The notes beneath the pieces were generated by a model, which was given only the letters and a program-made list of their open reading frames with translations, was not told the DNA's origin and made no database searches. Shown in pieces: positions 26,866 through 34,613 of a stretch of DNA of 64,000 nucleotides. How positions within the stretch are numbered: position 1 is the first letter of the stretch; each line of letters begins with the position of its first letter. The translations under genes were made by a program, and so were the position numbers. Source of the DNA: an uncultured Methanomassiliicoccaceae archaeon (GTDB lineage: Archaea > Thermoplasmatota > Thermoplasmata > Methanomassiliicoccales > JACIVX01); assembly GCA_964544915.1 (NCBI GenBank), contig CAZJDY010000015.1:1248-65247 (forward strand), read 5' to 3'.

Positions 26866-28095
26866 CTACAGAGATTCTTGAGATGCTTCCACTTTCCCTA
26901 GTATTGGCTCATGGATGAATGACTTCTTCTTGAACGCAAGACGAGCTGCATCCACCAATAGCAAGGTCCCAATAAGAATCAGCGTGAATCCAACCAGCCA
27001 ACTACCTTCAAACTGGAACGGAATCTCGCCGTTATCTCTCATTGCTAAACCGGCGGATATGATGATTGGGGGATAGGCCAGAAACAGCCTCTTGGCAATT
27101 CTCCAATCCTTGGCCGCCCAGACGGACAGCATGGCGACCGGCATTATGTAGTATCCCGAATGGATTTTCGGATAGAACACTACGAAGACTATGAGAACAA
27201 GTGTGACGCTATCCCAGACCCCCATTCTTTTGCGGTGACAGTACAGATAAGTGAGGAAAAGTGAAGCTAGAACGATCCCAAGTTCGATTTCATTCTGGAT
27301 TCCGAGTCCCCCCATGCGCAGGAAATGCCACATGCTTGACCCGCCGGTCGGTCTTCCGGATTCACCCAAGAAGTAGAAGTCTATGAATCCGGCAAAATCG
27401 TCATAACAGAGAACTACAAATGGCAATGTTACGACAGAGGTGACAGCCAGAATGATCAGAATAAAAAACATCTTCTCCCTCGAGCTTCGCAGCCTCAGGA
27501 ATTGAATCGGAAGCAGTAGAATGGCGAACATCTTCGTCCATATACCTGCTGCAATCGCCGCAGCAGCAAGCCTGTTGCGTTCGTGTAGCATGAGGACCAC
27601 AGATATCAAGAAGACAAATGCAACAAGTGACTCGTCCTGACCCACCGAAGTATCTATGACGCTGAAAGGAGTGACGAGAACCAGAAGGCCGGTCAGAAAG
27701 GCGCTGTGGTCGTCCCATCGACGCAGGGCAACATAGAGGACACAGGCAGTTAGGAATGCGAAAAACGAGAAGTATATGCTCCAAACCCAATCGTACTGAG
27801 AACCTCCGAGCAGCTGAGCCGGAATCATAAGGTAGTTCACAAGAGGCGGAGTCTCGGTGTGAACATCCCTGTACAATAGATCACCGTTGAGTATGGTCTG
27901 GGTTCTCTCCCGGTAGTTGTAGATGTCAGCGTGGGCAACTTCTGGTTCGACCAGACCAGAAAACCACAAGAAATTGACTGGGATAGTAGCTCCGTATATG
28001 ACCGCCGTCAGGGCAAGATAGAACAAGATCTTCTTTCGGAAGTCGAACCCTCTCAGCTTTCTGTCAATCTTACCTATCTTGCCCCCGATATTCAT
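26866..28095 (-). CDS. GT-C-type membrane glycosyltransferase (DUF2029/GT87-like)
   Basis: 409 aa, polytopic. First extracytoplasmic loop reads NGDLLYRDVHTETPPLVNYL, like the GT-C/DUF2029 motif. Confidence 0.6.
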   Translation of the reverse strand: MNIGGKIGKIDRKLRGFDFRKKILFYLALTAVIYGATIPVNFLWFSGLVEPEVAHADIYNYRERTQTILNGDLLYRDVHTETPPLVNYLMIPAQLLGGSQYDWVWSIYFSFFAFLTACVLYVALRRWDDHSAFLTGLLVLVTPFSVIDTSVGQDESLVAFVFLISVVLMLHERNRLAAAAIAAGIWTKMFAILLLPIQFLRLRSSREKMFFILIILAVTSVVTLPFVVLCYDDFAGFIDFYFLGESGRPTGGSSMWHFLRMGGLGIQNEIELGIVLASLFLTYLYCHRKRMGVWDSVTLVLIVFVVFYPKIHSGYYIMPVAMLSVWAAKDWRIAKRLFLAYPPIIISAGLAMRDNGEIPFQFEGSWLVGFTLILIGTLLLVDAARLAFKKKSFIHEPILGKVEASQESL

Positions 28096-28232
28096 GGTGT
28101 ACCATCTTCGTATGAGACTCCAGAACAGGTGAGTGATTCTTCTATGTTTCTACTTTCTCGAAGTGATGATATCGGGCAAGATTGGTGTGACGACCAACCA
28201 TAGCAACGGTTAAGACCAAAATCCTGTGAAAT

Positions 28233-29180
28233 TCAAATAGGTCTTATAACTTGCCTGTACCACTCAACAAACCGCTGAAGTCCTTCTTCGATATCGACTT
28301 TCGGCTCCCAGTCAAGAATCCTTCGCGCCAAAGAGTTATCTCCCCAGGTATGTTCGACATCACCTGGTTGTTCTGGCAAGTACTCAGGCTCAATGTCCTC
28401 TCGGTCACAGATCTGAAGAATGTTCGAGACGAGGCGGTTCACTGTCAATCTCCTCCCGCTGCAGATGTTCAACGAGATTCCTTCCGCGTTCCCACAATCA
28501 ATCGATGCATTGATAGCCGGAACGACATCAGAGATGAAAGTGAAGTCCCTTGTCTGCTCCCCATCGCCAAATATCTGCGGTTTCTGGTTCCTAAGGACCC
28601 TGTCAGTGAAGATCCTTATTGCCATGTCCGGACGCTGGCGCGGACCGTACACTGTGAAGTACCTCAGTGAGATGGTTTCCAATCCATATAGCTCGTTGAA
28701 CTGGCGGCAGTAGACCTCCGCGATCATCTTGCTTGCGGCATATGGGGAGACGGGCTCAAGAGGATCATCTTCCTTCACTGGTAAACGTTTCGCATTGCCG
28801 TAAACAGACGATGATGAGGAGTTCACCAGCCTCCGAACCCCAGAATCTCTGCAAGCGACAAGAAGATTCAGTGTTCCCAGTGCGTTTACGGTGTGTGATT
28901 TCAGAGGATTTGCGACAGAAAAACGCACTCCCGCTTGGGCCGCCAGGTGCACGACAACATCGGCACCTTTGACCGTCCTTCTCATGCGCTCAAGATCGAG
29001 TATGTCCGCCTTGATGAGCTCGAAGTCAGGGTTTTTCTCGTGCTGAGCAAGAAACTGCATCTTACCAGAGTAGTAGTCGTCGAAGTTGTCTACCGCCTTC
29101 ACTTCATGTCCCTTGCAGACAAGGAGGTCGATCACATGGCTACCGATGAACCCAGCTGCTCCGGTCACAACGATCTTCAG
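28233..29180 (-). CDS. NAD-dependent sugar-nucleotide epimerase/dehydratase (extended SDR)
   Basis: (L/M)KIVVTGAAGFIGSH...YAASK catalytic motif. The conserved beta1 strand lies upstream of the first ATG/GTG/TTG (29168), so I extend to CTG 29180 (see finding). Confidence 0.8.
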   Translation of the reverse strand: MKIVVTGAAGFIGSHVIDLLVCKGHEVKAVDNFDDYYSGKMQFLAQHEKNPDFELIKADILDLERMRRTVKGADVVVHLAAQAGVRFSVANPLKSHTVNALGTLNLLVACRDSGVRRLVNSSSSSVYGNAKRLPVKEDDPLEPVSPYAASKMIAEVYCRQFNELYGLETISLRYFTVYGPRQRPDMAIRIFTDRVLRNQKPQIFGDGEQTRDFTFISDVVPAINASIDCGNAEGISLNICSGRRLTVNRLVSNILQICDREDIEPEYLPEQPGDVEHTWGDNSLARRILDWEPKVDIEEGLQRFVEWYRQVIRPI

Positions 29181-29184
29181 ACCT

Positions 29185-29976
29185 TCACCTCCTCTTCCTG
29201 AGCGCTTCCATTTCCACCCTGTGCTGTCTCTTGAACTTGGAGAAATCCCTGAGGGTTATGAACGGAACTGTGTACGATTTTATGTACGATCTGCCGCTGG
29301 GCCTTGCGTAGTGTGTGATAGGTATCTCCACGATTCTCATACCCTTGAGCGCGGCCAACGGGAGAATGAAGCGATGCAAGCCTCTGTAGCCCTCAGGATC
29401 GAACTGCATCGTGACAGCTTTCTCCCTTCGGAATGCCTTGAAGCCGCTGTTCTGGTCTTTGACCTTCAGTCCGAATCTTCTCTGTATGATGCGACGATTG
29501 TAAACGCTTGATATGAACTTCCTTATGAACGGATCGGTTCTTTGATGCCTCCAACCAGTGACGACATCATATCCCTCAGCGACTTTTTCAAGAAACAGCG
29601 TTATCTCTTTCGGTTCATACTGGCGATCCCCATCCATAATTATGATGACATCTCCTCTCGCTTCCTGGAACCCTGTTCTGATAGCGAAAGATCTTCCCTT
29701 GTTTACTTTGTGATGGATTGCTCTGACATTCTCGTGCCGTCTTGCTAGATCATCGCAGATCGCAGGGGAACGATCAACGCTGCCATCGTCAACGAGAACG
29801 ACCTCGCCATCAATCTTGTCAGATCTGTATACTTGAAGTATCGCCTCTGTCAGCGGCTCTATGTTATTCTCCTCGTCCTTTATCAGAAGCACTGTGCTGC
29901 ACTTCAGGCGAATCCCTCGGTCTTCACTGAGATTCCTGTGAATCAGTCGAAATTGACGGTTTGTGGCGTCCCTCAT
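29185..29976 (-). CDS. GT2 glycosyltransferase, polyprenol-phosphate sugar synthase-like (GtrB/DPM-like)
   Basis: VVLVDDGSVDRS...NKGRSFAIRTGF...IIIMDGDRQYEP is typical of the GT2 Dpm1/GtrB clade. Confidence 0.8.
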   Translation of the reverse strand: MRDATNRQFRLIHRNLSEDRGIRLKCSTVLLIKDEENNIEPLTEAILQVYRSDKIDGEVVLVDDGSVDRSPAICDDLARRHENVRAIHHKVNKGRSFAIRTGFQEARGDVIIIMDGDRQYEPKEITLFLEKVAEGYDVVTGWRHQRTDPFIRKFISSVYNRRIIQRRFGLKVKDQNSGFKAFRREKAVTMQFDPEGYRGLHRFILPLAALKGMRIVEIPITHYARPSGRSYIKSYTVPFITLRDFSKFKRQHRVEMEALRKRR

Positions 29977-30952
29977 AGAAGATCATCGCAAGGACCCCTA
30001 CTGGGATTGAAAGCCAGATGGACGTGAGAGCACTGAGGATTCCTGCAGTGGCGGCTATGTCATAGTTAATTCCACTGGCAGTGAAGATGGCGGAGGAAAC
30101 GACGACGTTGCTGCTTCCCGCCGATAGAAACACCGCGCTGAGAGACGCGATGCTTGCCGTTGCGACGACCGCAACGAGACTCGCCTGTACGCCAAGCGCC
30201 TCCATGATAAGGAATAGACGGACAATTTCGTTCGTCCAGATTACGATTGTAAGGGCGCCAGCATATGCAATCAATCTTCGTTTACCCTCTATCTTTGTCG
30301 AGTGGATTGCAGAGTTGAATGAGCCAACGAATCCCTTGATGCTATTCGAAAGTTTTCTTCCTCTCTCCCCCTTTGCTATCATCCGTACGGTTTTAGCCAT
30401 AAGATTGCCTGATTTTGCGAGGAACTTGGGTATTGCCAGCATATAGATGATGAGGAAATTCACAATCACCATGACTACAACAGTGGCGATTAGCTGATTC
30501 CTCATGTCCTCCACCAAGAAGGTAAGGAGGAGCATCAGGCTTGTAACGCACAGAATCGTCAATACTATAAAATCCATTAGTCTCTCCGACACAACGGTCG
30601 CAAGACAGGTGCCGATGCCGACACTCTCCTTAGCCCTCATCCCGTATACTCGACTTGCCTCTCCTACCACCCTTCCAGGAGTGACGTTGTTCAGGGCCTG
30701 AGAGAATGAGAATGTGGCAAATATCGAGGCGAAACGTATCTTATTCCCGGTACTGCGCATCAGCAACCCCCAGCGAAAGCTCTTCACCACGAGATTGATG
30801 AAGTAGAGTAATACGACAGAAGCGATGATAACAAGGTCAACTCCCACGAGGGCGTCTCCGACAGACTCAGGATTTGAAATCACGATCGTTGCGGCTATCA
30901 GTCCAACCGAGATGGCAATGTTGACCTTGGTGCTTCCGTTTATCTTCCTCAA
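29924..30952 (-). CDS. Flippase-like / lysylphosphatidylglycerol-synthase TM-domain (UPF0104) membrane protein
   Basis: 342 aa, about 8 helices. FRWGLLMR...TPGRVGE-like motif (NVTPGRVVGEASRV). Confidence 0.6.
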   Translation of the reverse strand: MRKINGSTKVNIAISVGLIAATIVISNPESVGDALVGVDLVIIASVVLLYFINLVVKSFRWGLLMRSTGNKIRFASIFATFSFSQALNNVTPGRVVGEASRVYGMRAKESVGIGTCLATVVSERLMDFIVLTILCVTSLMLLLTFLVEDMRNQLIATVVVMVIVNFLIIYMLAIPKFLAKSGNLMAKTVRMIAKGERGRKLSNSIKGFVGSFNSAIHSTKIEGKRRLIAYAGALTIVIWTNEIVRLFLIMEALGVQASLVAVVATASIASLSAVFLSAGSSNVVVSSAIFTASGINYDIAATAGILSALTSIWLSIPVGVLAMIFYEGRHKPSISTDSQESQ

Positions 30953-31052
30953 CGATTACTCAACTCCTCCCCTCAAAGTTGACTTCTTGACAGAAACGAC
31001 CTAGAATTGGCAAAAGGAGGATAAATAGTGTACCTAGCAGCGGTCAACCTCC

Positions 31053-31090
31053 TCTCCATCTGCCACCAGGACCGCTGGAAAGTGTCAGAG
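31053..31090 (-). repeat. Island motif 1, copy F (degenerate)
   Basis: Plus strand: ctctccatctgccaccaggaccgctggaaagtgtcagagg. Confidence 0.6.
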
Positions 31091-31270
31091 GAATGGATCG
31101 GGCGAAGCCCGAACGCTTTCGATCCGCTTGTTATCTGAATTGGGAAGAATGTGGGGCTCGCCCGAGACCGAACTCTGCACAATCCAGATGGGCAAAATCA
31201 AAATGCAATTCTCGCACCTTAACGCATGACCAGCCCATGAAACCCCTTCCCCCTTTTTCTCCTGATCTGT

Positions 31271-31299
31271 AACCCCATCTGCCGTCAGAACCGTCAAGG
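31271..31299 (-). repeat. Island motif 1, copy G
   Basis: Plus strand: aaccccatctgccgtcagaaccgtcaagg. Confidence 0.9.
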
Positions 31300-31302
31300 C
31301 TG

Positions 31303-31321
31303 CCGGAATCGGTGATTCCGG
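31303..31321. repeat. Perfect 8-bp-arm palindrome CCGGAATC-GGT-GATTCCGG abutting motif copy G
   Basis: Read directly. Lies about 50 nt beyond the stop of GNAT paralog 2 on the minus strand. Confidence 0.6.
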
Positions 31322-31369
31322 GCGAGCCGCGCACGATTCACTACCTGGTAGCCGCCAATGGATTTGCAT

Positions 31370-32167
31370 TCATGGCGACCACGTGTATGTCCTAAACTCG
31401 CAAAGCTCTCTGAACCCAAGTTTTCTGTAGATCGGGAGACCCATTTCGCTCGCCTCGAGAACGGCAACTTCGTAGCCAGCATTCTTGGCGATTTGAAGTG
31501 GTTCCCGAGTGATCGCGGTTCCTATGCCCTTCCTTCTTGCCTCAGGGATAGTCGCGATATTGTATACGCCGGCGACGTCCTCGTGAAGGACCAGAAGGGA
31601 TACTGCAACGGGCTCTCCGTTAAGAAACCCCAGAAACCAGCGACGCGTCGAACTCATGCCAAAGCTATCGATGAGTTCTCTCCAGCCGTCCCTGATGTTT
31701 CCAGGGATTTCGAAAACGTCTGCCATTATATCGCTGCAAGTTCTCAAGGACACCCGATCCTCGACCTGCTGAATCTCGAGTCCAGAAGGCAATGGTTCGC
31801 GGTTCACAGTCCTTAGGTCGATGGCCATTCCTGGGGTCGTCCTTTCTGAGACAAACCCCCGATTCAATAAGAAGTCGTCGAGCTCTGCTAGAGTGCTTGA
31901 GGGACCCAGAACCCATCTCATTGGAAGTCCAGTGTTCTTGAAATGTGACATCGCCACCTCGGCCCTTTCCGAGAAATCACTTGAGCCGAATCTCGGGCCG
32001 AGAACGCCGTTCAGTAAGGCCATGGGAAGACCGCTCGAACATACGATCATGTCTGGTTCCCTACGCAAGAATGAACCTGGAATGCCAGTGCAGAGAGCTA
32101 TGATAGCTTCGTAGTAGGTCCTCTCAATAGCTCGAATCAACTCTTTCTCTTCGAATCCTCCTATCAT
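31370..32167 (-). CDS. GNAT family N-acetyltransferase, two-domain type (paralog 2)
   Basis: 265 aa. RRKGIGTAI...LGF motif. Alignable along its full length to 19790-20605. Confidence 0.8.
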   Translation of the reverse strand: MIGGFEEKELIRAIERTYYEAIIALCTGIPGSFLRREPDMIVCSSGLPMALLNGVLGPRFGSSDFSERAEVAMSHFKNTGLPMRWVLGPSSTLAELDDFLLNRGFVSERTTPGMAIDLRTVNREPLPSGLEIQQVEDRVSLRTCSDIMADVFEIPGNIRDGWRELIDSFGMSSTRRWFLGFLNGEPVAVSLLVLHEDVAGVYNIATIPEARRKGIGTAITREPLQIAKNAGYEVAVLEASEMGLPIYRKLGFRELCEFRTYTWSP

Positions 32168-32313
32168 AGCACTCAGAACTCTCAGATTACATGCTGCAAA
32201 CGGTTAGATAGTGTTTTGGTTTTGTCGCTCTGTCGAAAATGAGAAGGAGAAAGCAGTCCAGCTTCGCACAGTAGCCCCTTATGTGACCCAGGGACAAAAG
32301 CAAAGAGGTCTCT

Positions 32314-32342
32314 CTCCCCTTCTGCCGTCAGAACTGTCAAGG
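32314..32342 (-). repeat. Island motif 1, copy H
   Basis: Plus strand: ctccccttctgccgtcagaactgtcaagg. Confidence 0.8.
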
Positions 32343-32502
32343 AGGAGCGGGTTGAGTGGGATTCTTACCCGCGATTCTGACTAGCAAGAGGTCGATTTGT
32401 ACCGTTTACGGTACAAAGCACCTGTTTGAAGGTATGAAAGATAGACCAAACCTCTTCCATTTTTCCCTTTTGAAATACCCTTGGTATGTCCAGATGATAG
32501 CT

Positions 32503-33066
32503 TCAGGGCGAGCTGAGGATGGTGGCGGCGAACTCATCCACCTTTCCCTGCCAGCCTTCCTCCAGCGGCCCCTTCATCTTCTCCCCTGAAACTAAGAATA
32601 TCTTGTCGGCAACTTTCACCAGCCCCTTCCCCCTCAAGATCTCATCCAGGATAGGTATGGTCTTCCTCCAGCGGTTGAGTCCTTCCTCCGTCGGCATCAG
32701 CCCGGTCTTCTTATCAGGCACCGCGTCACCGTGGGTCGCGAATATGGCACACTTTGTTCCCGACGGCAGTGAGACCTTCTTGATGAAACGGCGCATGCTC
32801 CCTAGTGGCCCGCCGAATCGCGTGGGTGACCCAAAGACGTACAGGTCGGCGAGGGGCAGCTCCTTAGGCTTCGACTCATCGATATGATGCACGTTCACCT
32901 GATGGCCTTTGGTCTCCATGACCCGCCGTAACTCCTCGGCGACCTTCGCTCCGTTCCTGAATTTCGAGGCGTGATATAGCTCAATCTTGATGAGGATCCC
33001 CCGGCCATGGCGAATGCAACTAATCCCTATTAATGATTTCTTGCAAGCCGGCTCCAAAACCTTCAA
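32503..33066 (-). CDS. Flavodoxin-like fold protein
   Basis: ILIKIELYHASKFRNGAKVAEEL...LYVFGSPTRFG pattern. The true start may be downstream of ORF-track 33066. Confidence 0.6.
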   Translation of the reverse strand: MKVLEPACKKSLIGISCIRHGRGILIKIELYHASKFRNGAKVAEELRRVMETKGHQVNVHHIDESKPKELPLADLYVFGSPTRFGGPLGSMRRFIKKVSLPSGTKCAIFATHGDAVPDKKTGLMPTEEGLNRWRKTIPILDEILRGKGLVKVADKIFLVSGEKMKGPLEEGWQGKVDEFAATILSSP

Positions 33067-33093
33067 GTCTGTCGCGCTGCAATCTCCGAATCT

Positions 33094-33615
33094 GTGTGTG
33101 GTAGGTTCACGTTGATATTCGACTCGGAGTTCTTCAGGAGGTTCGCTCTACAATCAAGGAACGTCGAGATCTCCACAAGATACAATATCGCGCCGACGCA
33201 GGAGGTTCCGATAATCGTCAATGACGGCAGGAACAAGGTCTTCATGATGAGGTTCGGTCTTATCCCCTCCTGGTCGAAGGAAAAGAAAACGAGATACAGC
33301 CTCATCAACGCAAGGGCCGAGACCGTCACAAAGAAGCCGATGTTCCGCCGACTTCTCGCCAAGCATCGCTGCCTAGTTCCTACGACCGGCTTCTACGAAT
33401 GGAAGAAGGTCGGCAGTCGCAAGACCCCTCATTTCATTCGCGTGAAGTATGAGAACTACTTCGCACTCGCCGGACTCTGGGACCATTGGAAGGATCCGAA
33501 AGGAGAGGAGATCAAGTCCTTCACCATCATAACAACCAAGGCAAATGATGTCCTGAGCGAAATACATCCCCGGATGCCGGTGATACTCAGGAAAGAAGAT
33601 GAGGTATCTGGGTAG
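33094..33615 (+). CDS. SRAP (SOS-response-associated peptidase / abasic-site processing) domain protein, C-terminally short
   Basis: MCGRFTL (Cys2), INARAET, GFYEWKK and EIHPRMPVIL are SRAP catalytic motifs. It ends at 173 aa, 17 nt inside the integrase ORF. Confidence 0.8.
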   Translation: MCGRFTLIFDSEFFRRFALQSRNVEISTRYNIAPTQEVPIIVNDGRNKVFMMRFGLIPSWSKEKKTRYSLINARAETVTKKPMFRRLLAKHRCLVPTTGFYEWKKVGSRKTPHFIRVKYENYFALAGLWDHWKDPKGEEIKSFTIITTKANDVLSEIHPRMPVILRKEDEVSG

Positions 33616-34507
33616 TGTGTTCGAAGGCTTGAAGTCGCAAGGACTCATAAGCACGACCGACCCCAGGCACATAGGGCGGCGGGAGATCCAAGAACTCCTC
33701 TGTTATTTCAGGAAGAAAGGACTGGACGTCTCGACCCAGGATACCCACTTGAAGTATCTCAAAGCCATCCTGAAGACCTTCAAGAACCATGTGATCGATG
33801 ACATGGAATCCGAGGGGGTCAGGTTCCCGAAGCCCATTAAGAAGCCGATTTTTGCCTTGTCGATCGAGGAGCTGACCAAGATGTTCGCCTCGGTTAAGGA
33901 AATGGACCGGTGGGAGGGGTCGTTGGCGCGGGGGATAATCGCGCTCCATTTCGCTACCGGAGTTCGACCGGGGGAGCTACGAATGGCCCATGTTGAGGAT
34001 TTGAATCTAGAAGAGGGGACCTTTTTCGTTCGATTCCCTAAAGGACTGGGCAGATGGGCTTCACCGGAAAAGATCCCGCTCATTCGGGGCGACGTGGCAC
34101 ATCTACTGCGGCAATATCTCGAAGAAAGGGAAGAGTATCTGAAAGCGCGCGGCATCGACAAGGCGATAGCTCTATTCCCCAGTATCCGTAGCAAAACTGG
34201 ATTCTATTCCCGCCAAAGGTTCCAGGACATCAAGGAAGACATTGAGAGAATGTCAGGGGTCAAGTTCAAGTTGAAGGACTTCAGGCCAACCCTGGCAAGT
34301 ATTACGGTAGCAGGTGATCTCAGTCGATTGCCTGCCGTCTCGGCGCAACTGAGGCACTTGGACCCAAAGACAACGACGGATTTCTATGCGAGAATCGAAC
34401 TGAACACCGTCACTCGGCAGCTTCGGGACGTGTGGAAGGAAAACCCGACAACAATGTACAATACACCCGTTATTGAGAAAGAATATGACATATCTGGCTA
34501 TCAGTAA
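33599..34507 (+). CDS. Tyrosine recombinase / integrase
   Basis: 302 aa. Box I HFATGVRPGEL. C-terminal LRHLDPKTTTDFYARI with a candidate nucleophilic Tyr. N-terminal SAM-like core-binding helices (THLKYLKAILKTF). Confidence 0.85.
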   Translation: MRYLGSVFEGLKSQGLISTTDPRHIGRREIQELLCYFRKKGLDVSTQDTHLKYLKAILKTFKNHVIDDMESEGVRFPKPIKKPIFALSIEELTKMFASVKEMDRWEGSLARGIIALHFATGVRPGELRMAHVEDLNLEEGTFFVRFPKGLGRWASPEKIPLIRGDVAHLLRQYLEEREEYLKARGIDKAIALFPSIRSKTGFYSRQRFQDIKEDIERMSGVKFKLKDFRPTLASITVAGDLSRLPAVSAQLRHLDPKTTTDFYARIELNTVTRQLRDVWKENPTTMYNTPVIEKEYDISGYQ

Positions 34508-34514
34508 TGGACAT

Positions 34515-34532
34515 TCCCGACAGGCCCGCCAC
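34515..34532 (+). repeat. attR: 18-bp direct repeat TCCCGACAGGCCCGCCAC
   Basis: Exact copy of 17040-17057. Starts 8 nt after the integrase stop codon. Confidence 0.85.
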
Positions 34533-34613
34533 CAACTCCCCAGAGCGCGGCACAAAGATTGAGCTAGAAATGTCCAAAACTGTTTTACAGGGCAAGTCTC
34601 TATCGGGCAATGC

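Larger units (their letters stand above)
17040..34532. mobile_element. Integrated genomic island or integrative element (~17.5 kb) in tRNA-Arg
   Basis: Flanking exact 18-bp direct repeats, one of which is the tRNA 3' end. A tyrosine recombinase ends 8 nt before attR. A+T-richer accessory cargo. Confidence 0.8.

Noticed and set aside
20732-32342. Motif-1 copies as a CRISPR array or classical integron attC sites
   Set aside because: The copies are 0.2-5 kb apart and separated by full genes, so they are not a repeat-spacer array. They lack the RYYYAAC/GTTRRRY attC core pair and an imperfect-palindrome architecture. In the GNAT duplication the motif belongs to the 5' side of the unit rather than the 3' side. 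Only a looser module-boundary hypothesis is retained.
33063-33362. 99-aa minus-strand ORF opposite the SRAP gene
   Set aside because: It is a shadow ORF. The plus frame begins MCGRFTL and carries the full SRAP motif set.
33613-33615. TAG read-through (pyrrolysine) extending the short SRAP protein
   Set aside because: Translating past the TAG in frame gives ...CVRRLEVARTHKHDRPQAHRAAGD..., which bears no resemblance to SRAP C-termini and ends after about 55 codons. Truncation is the simpler reading.
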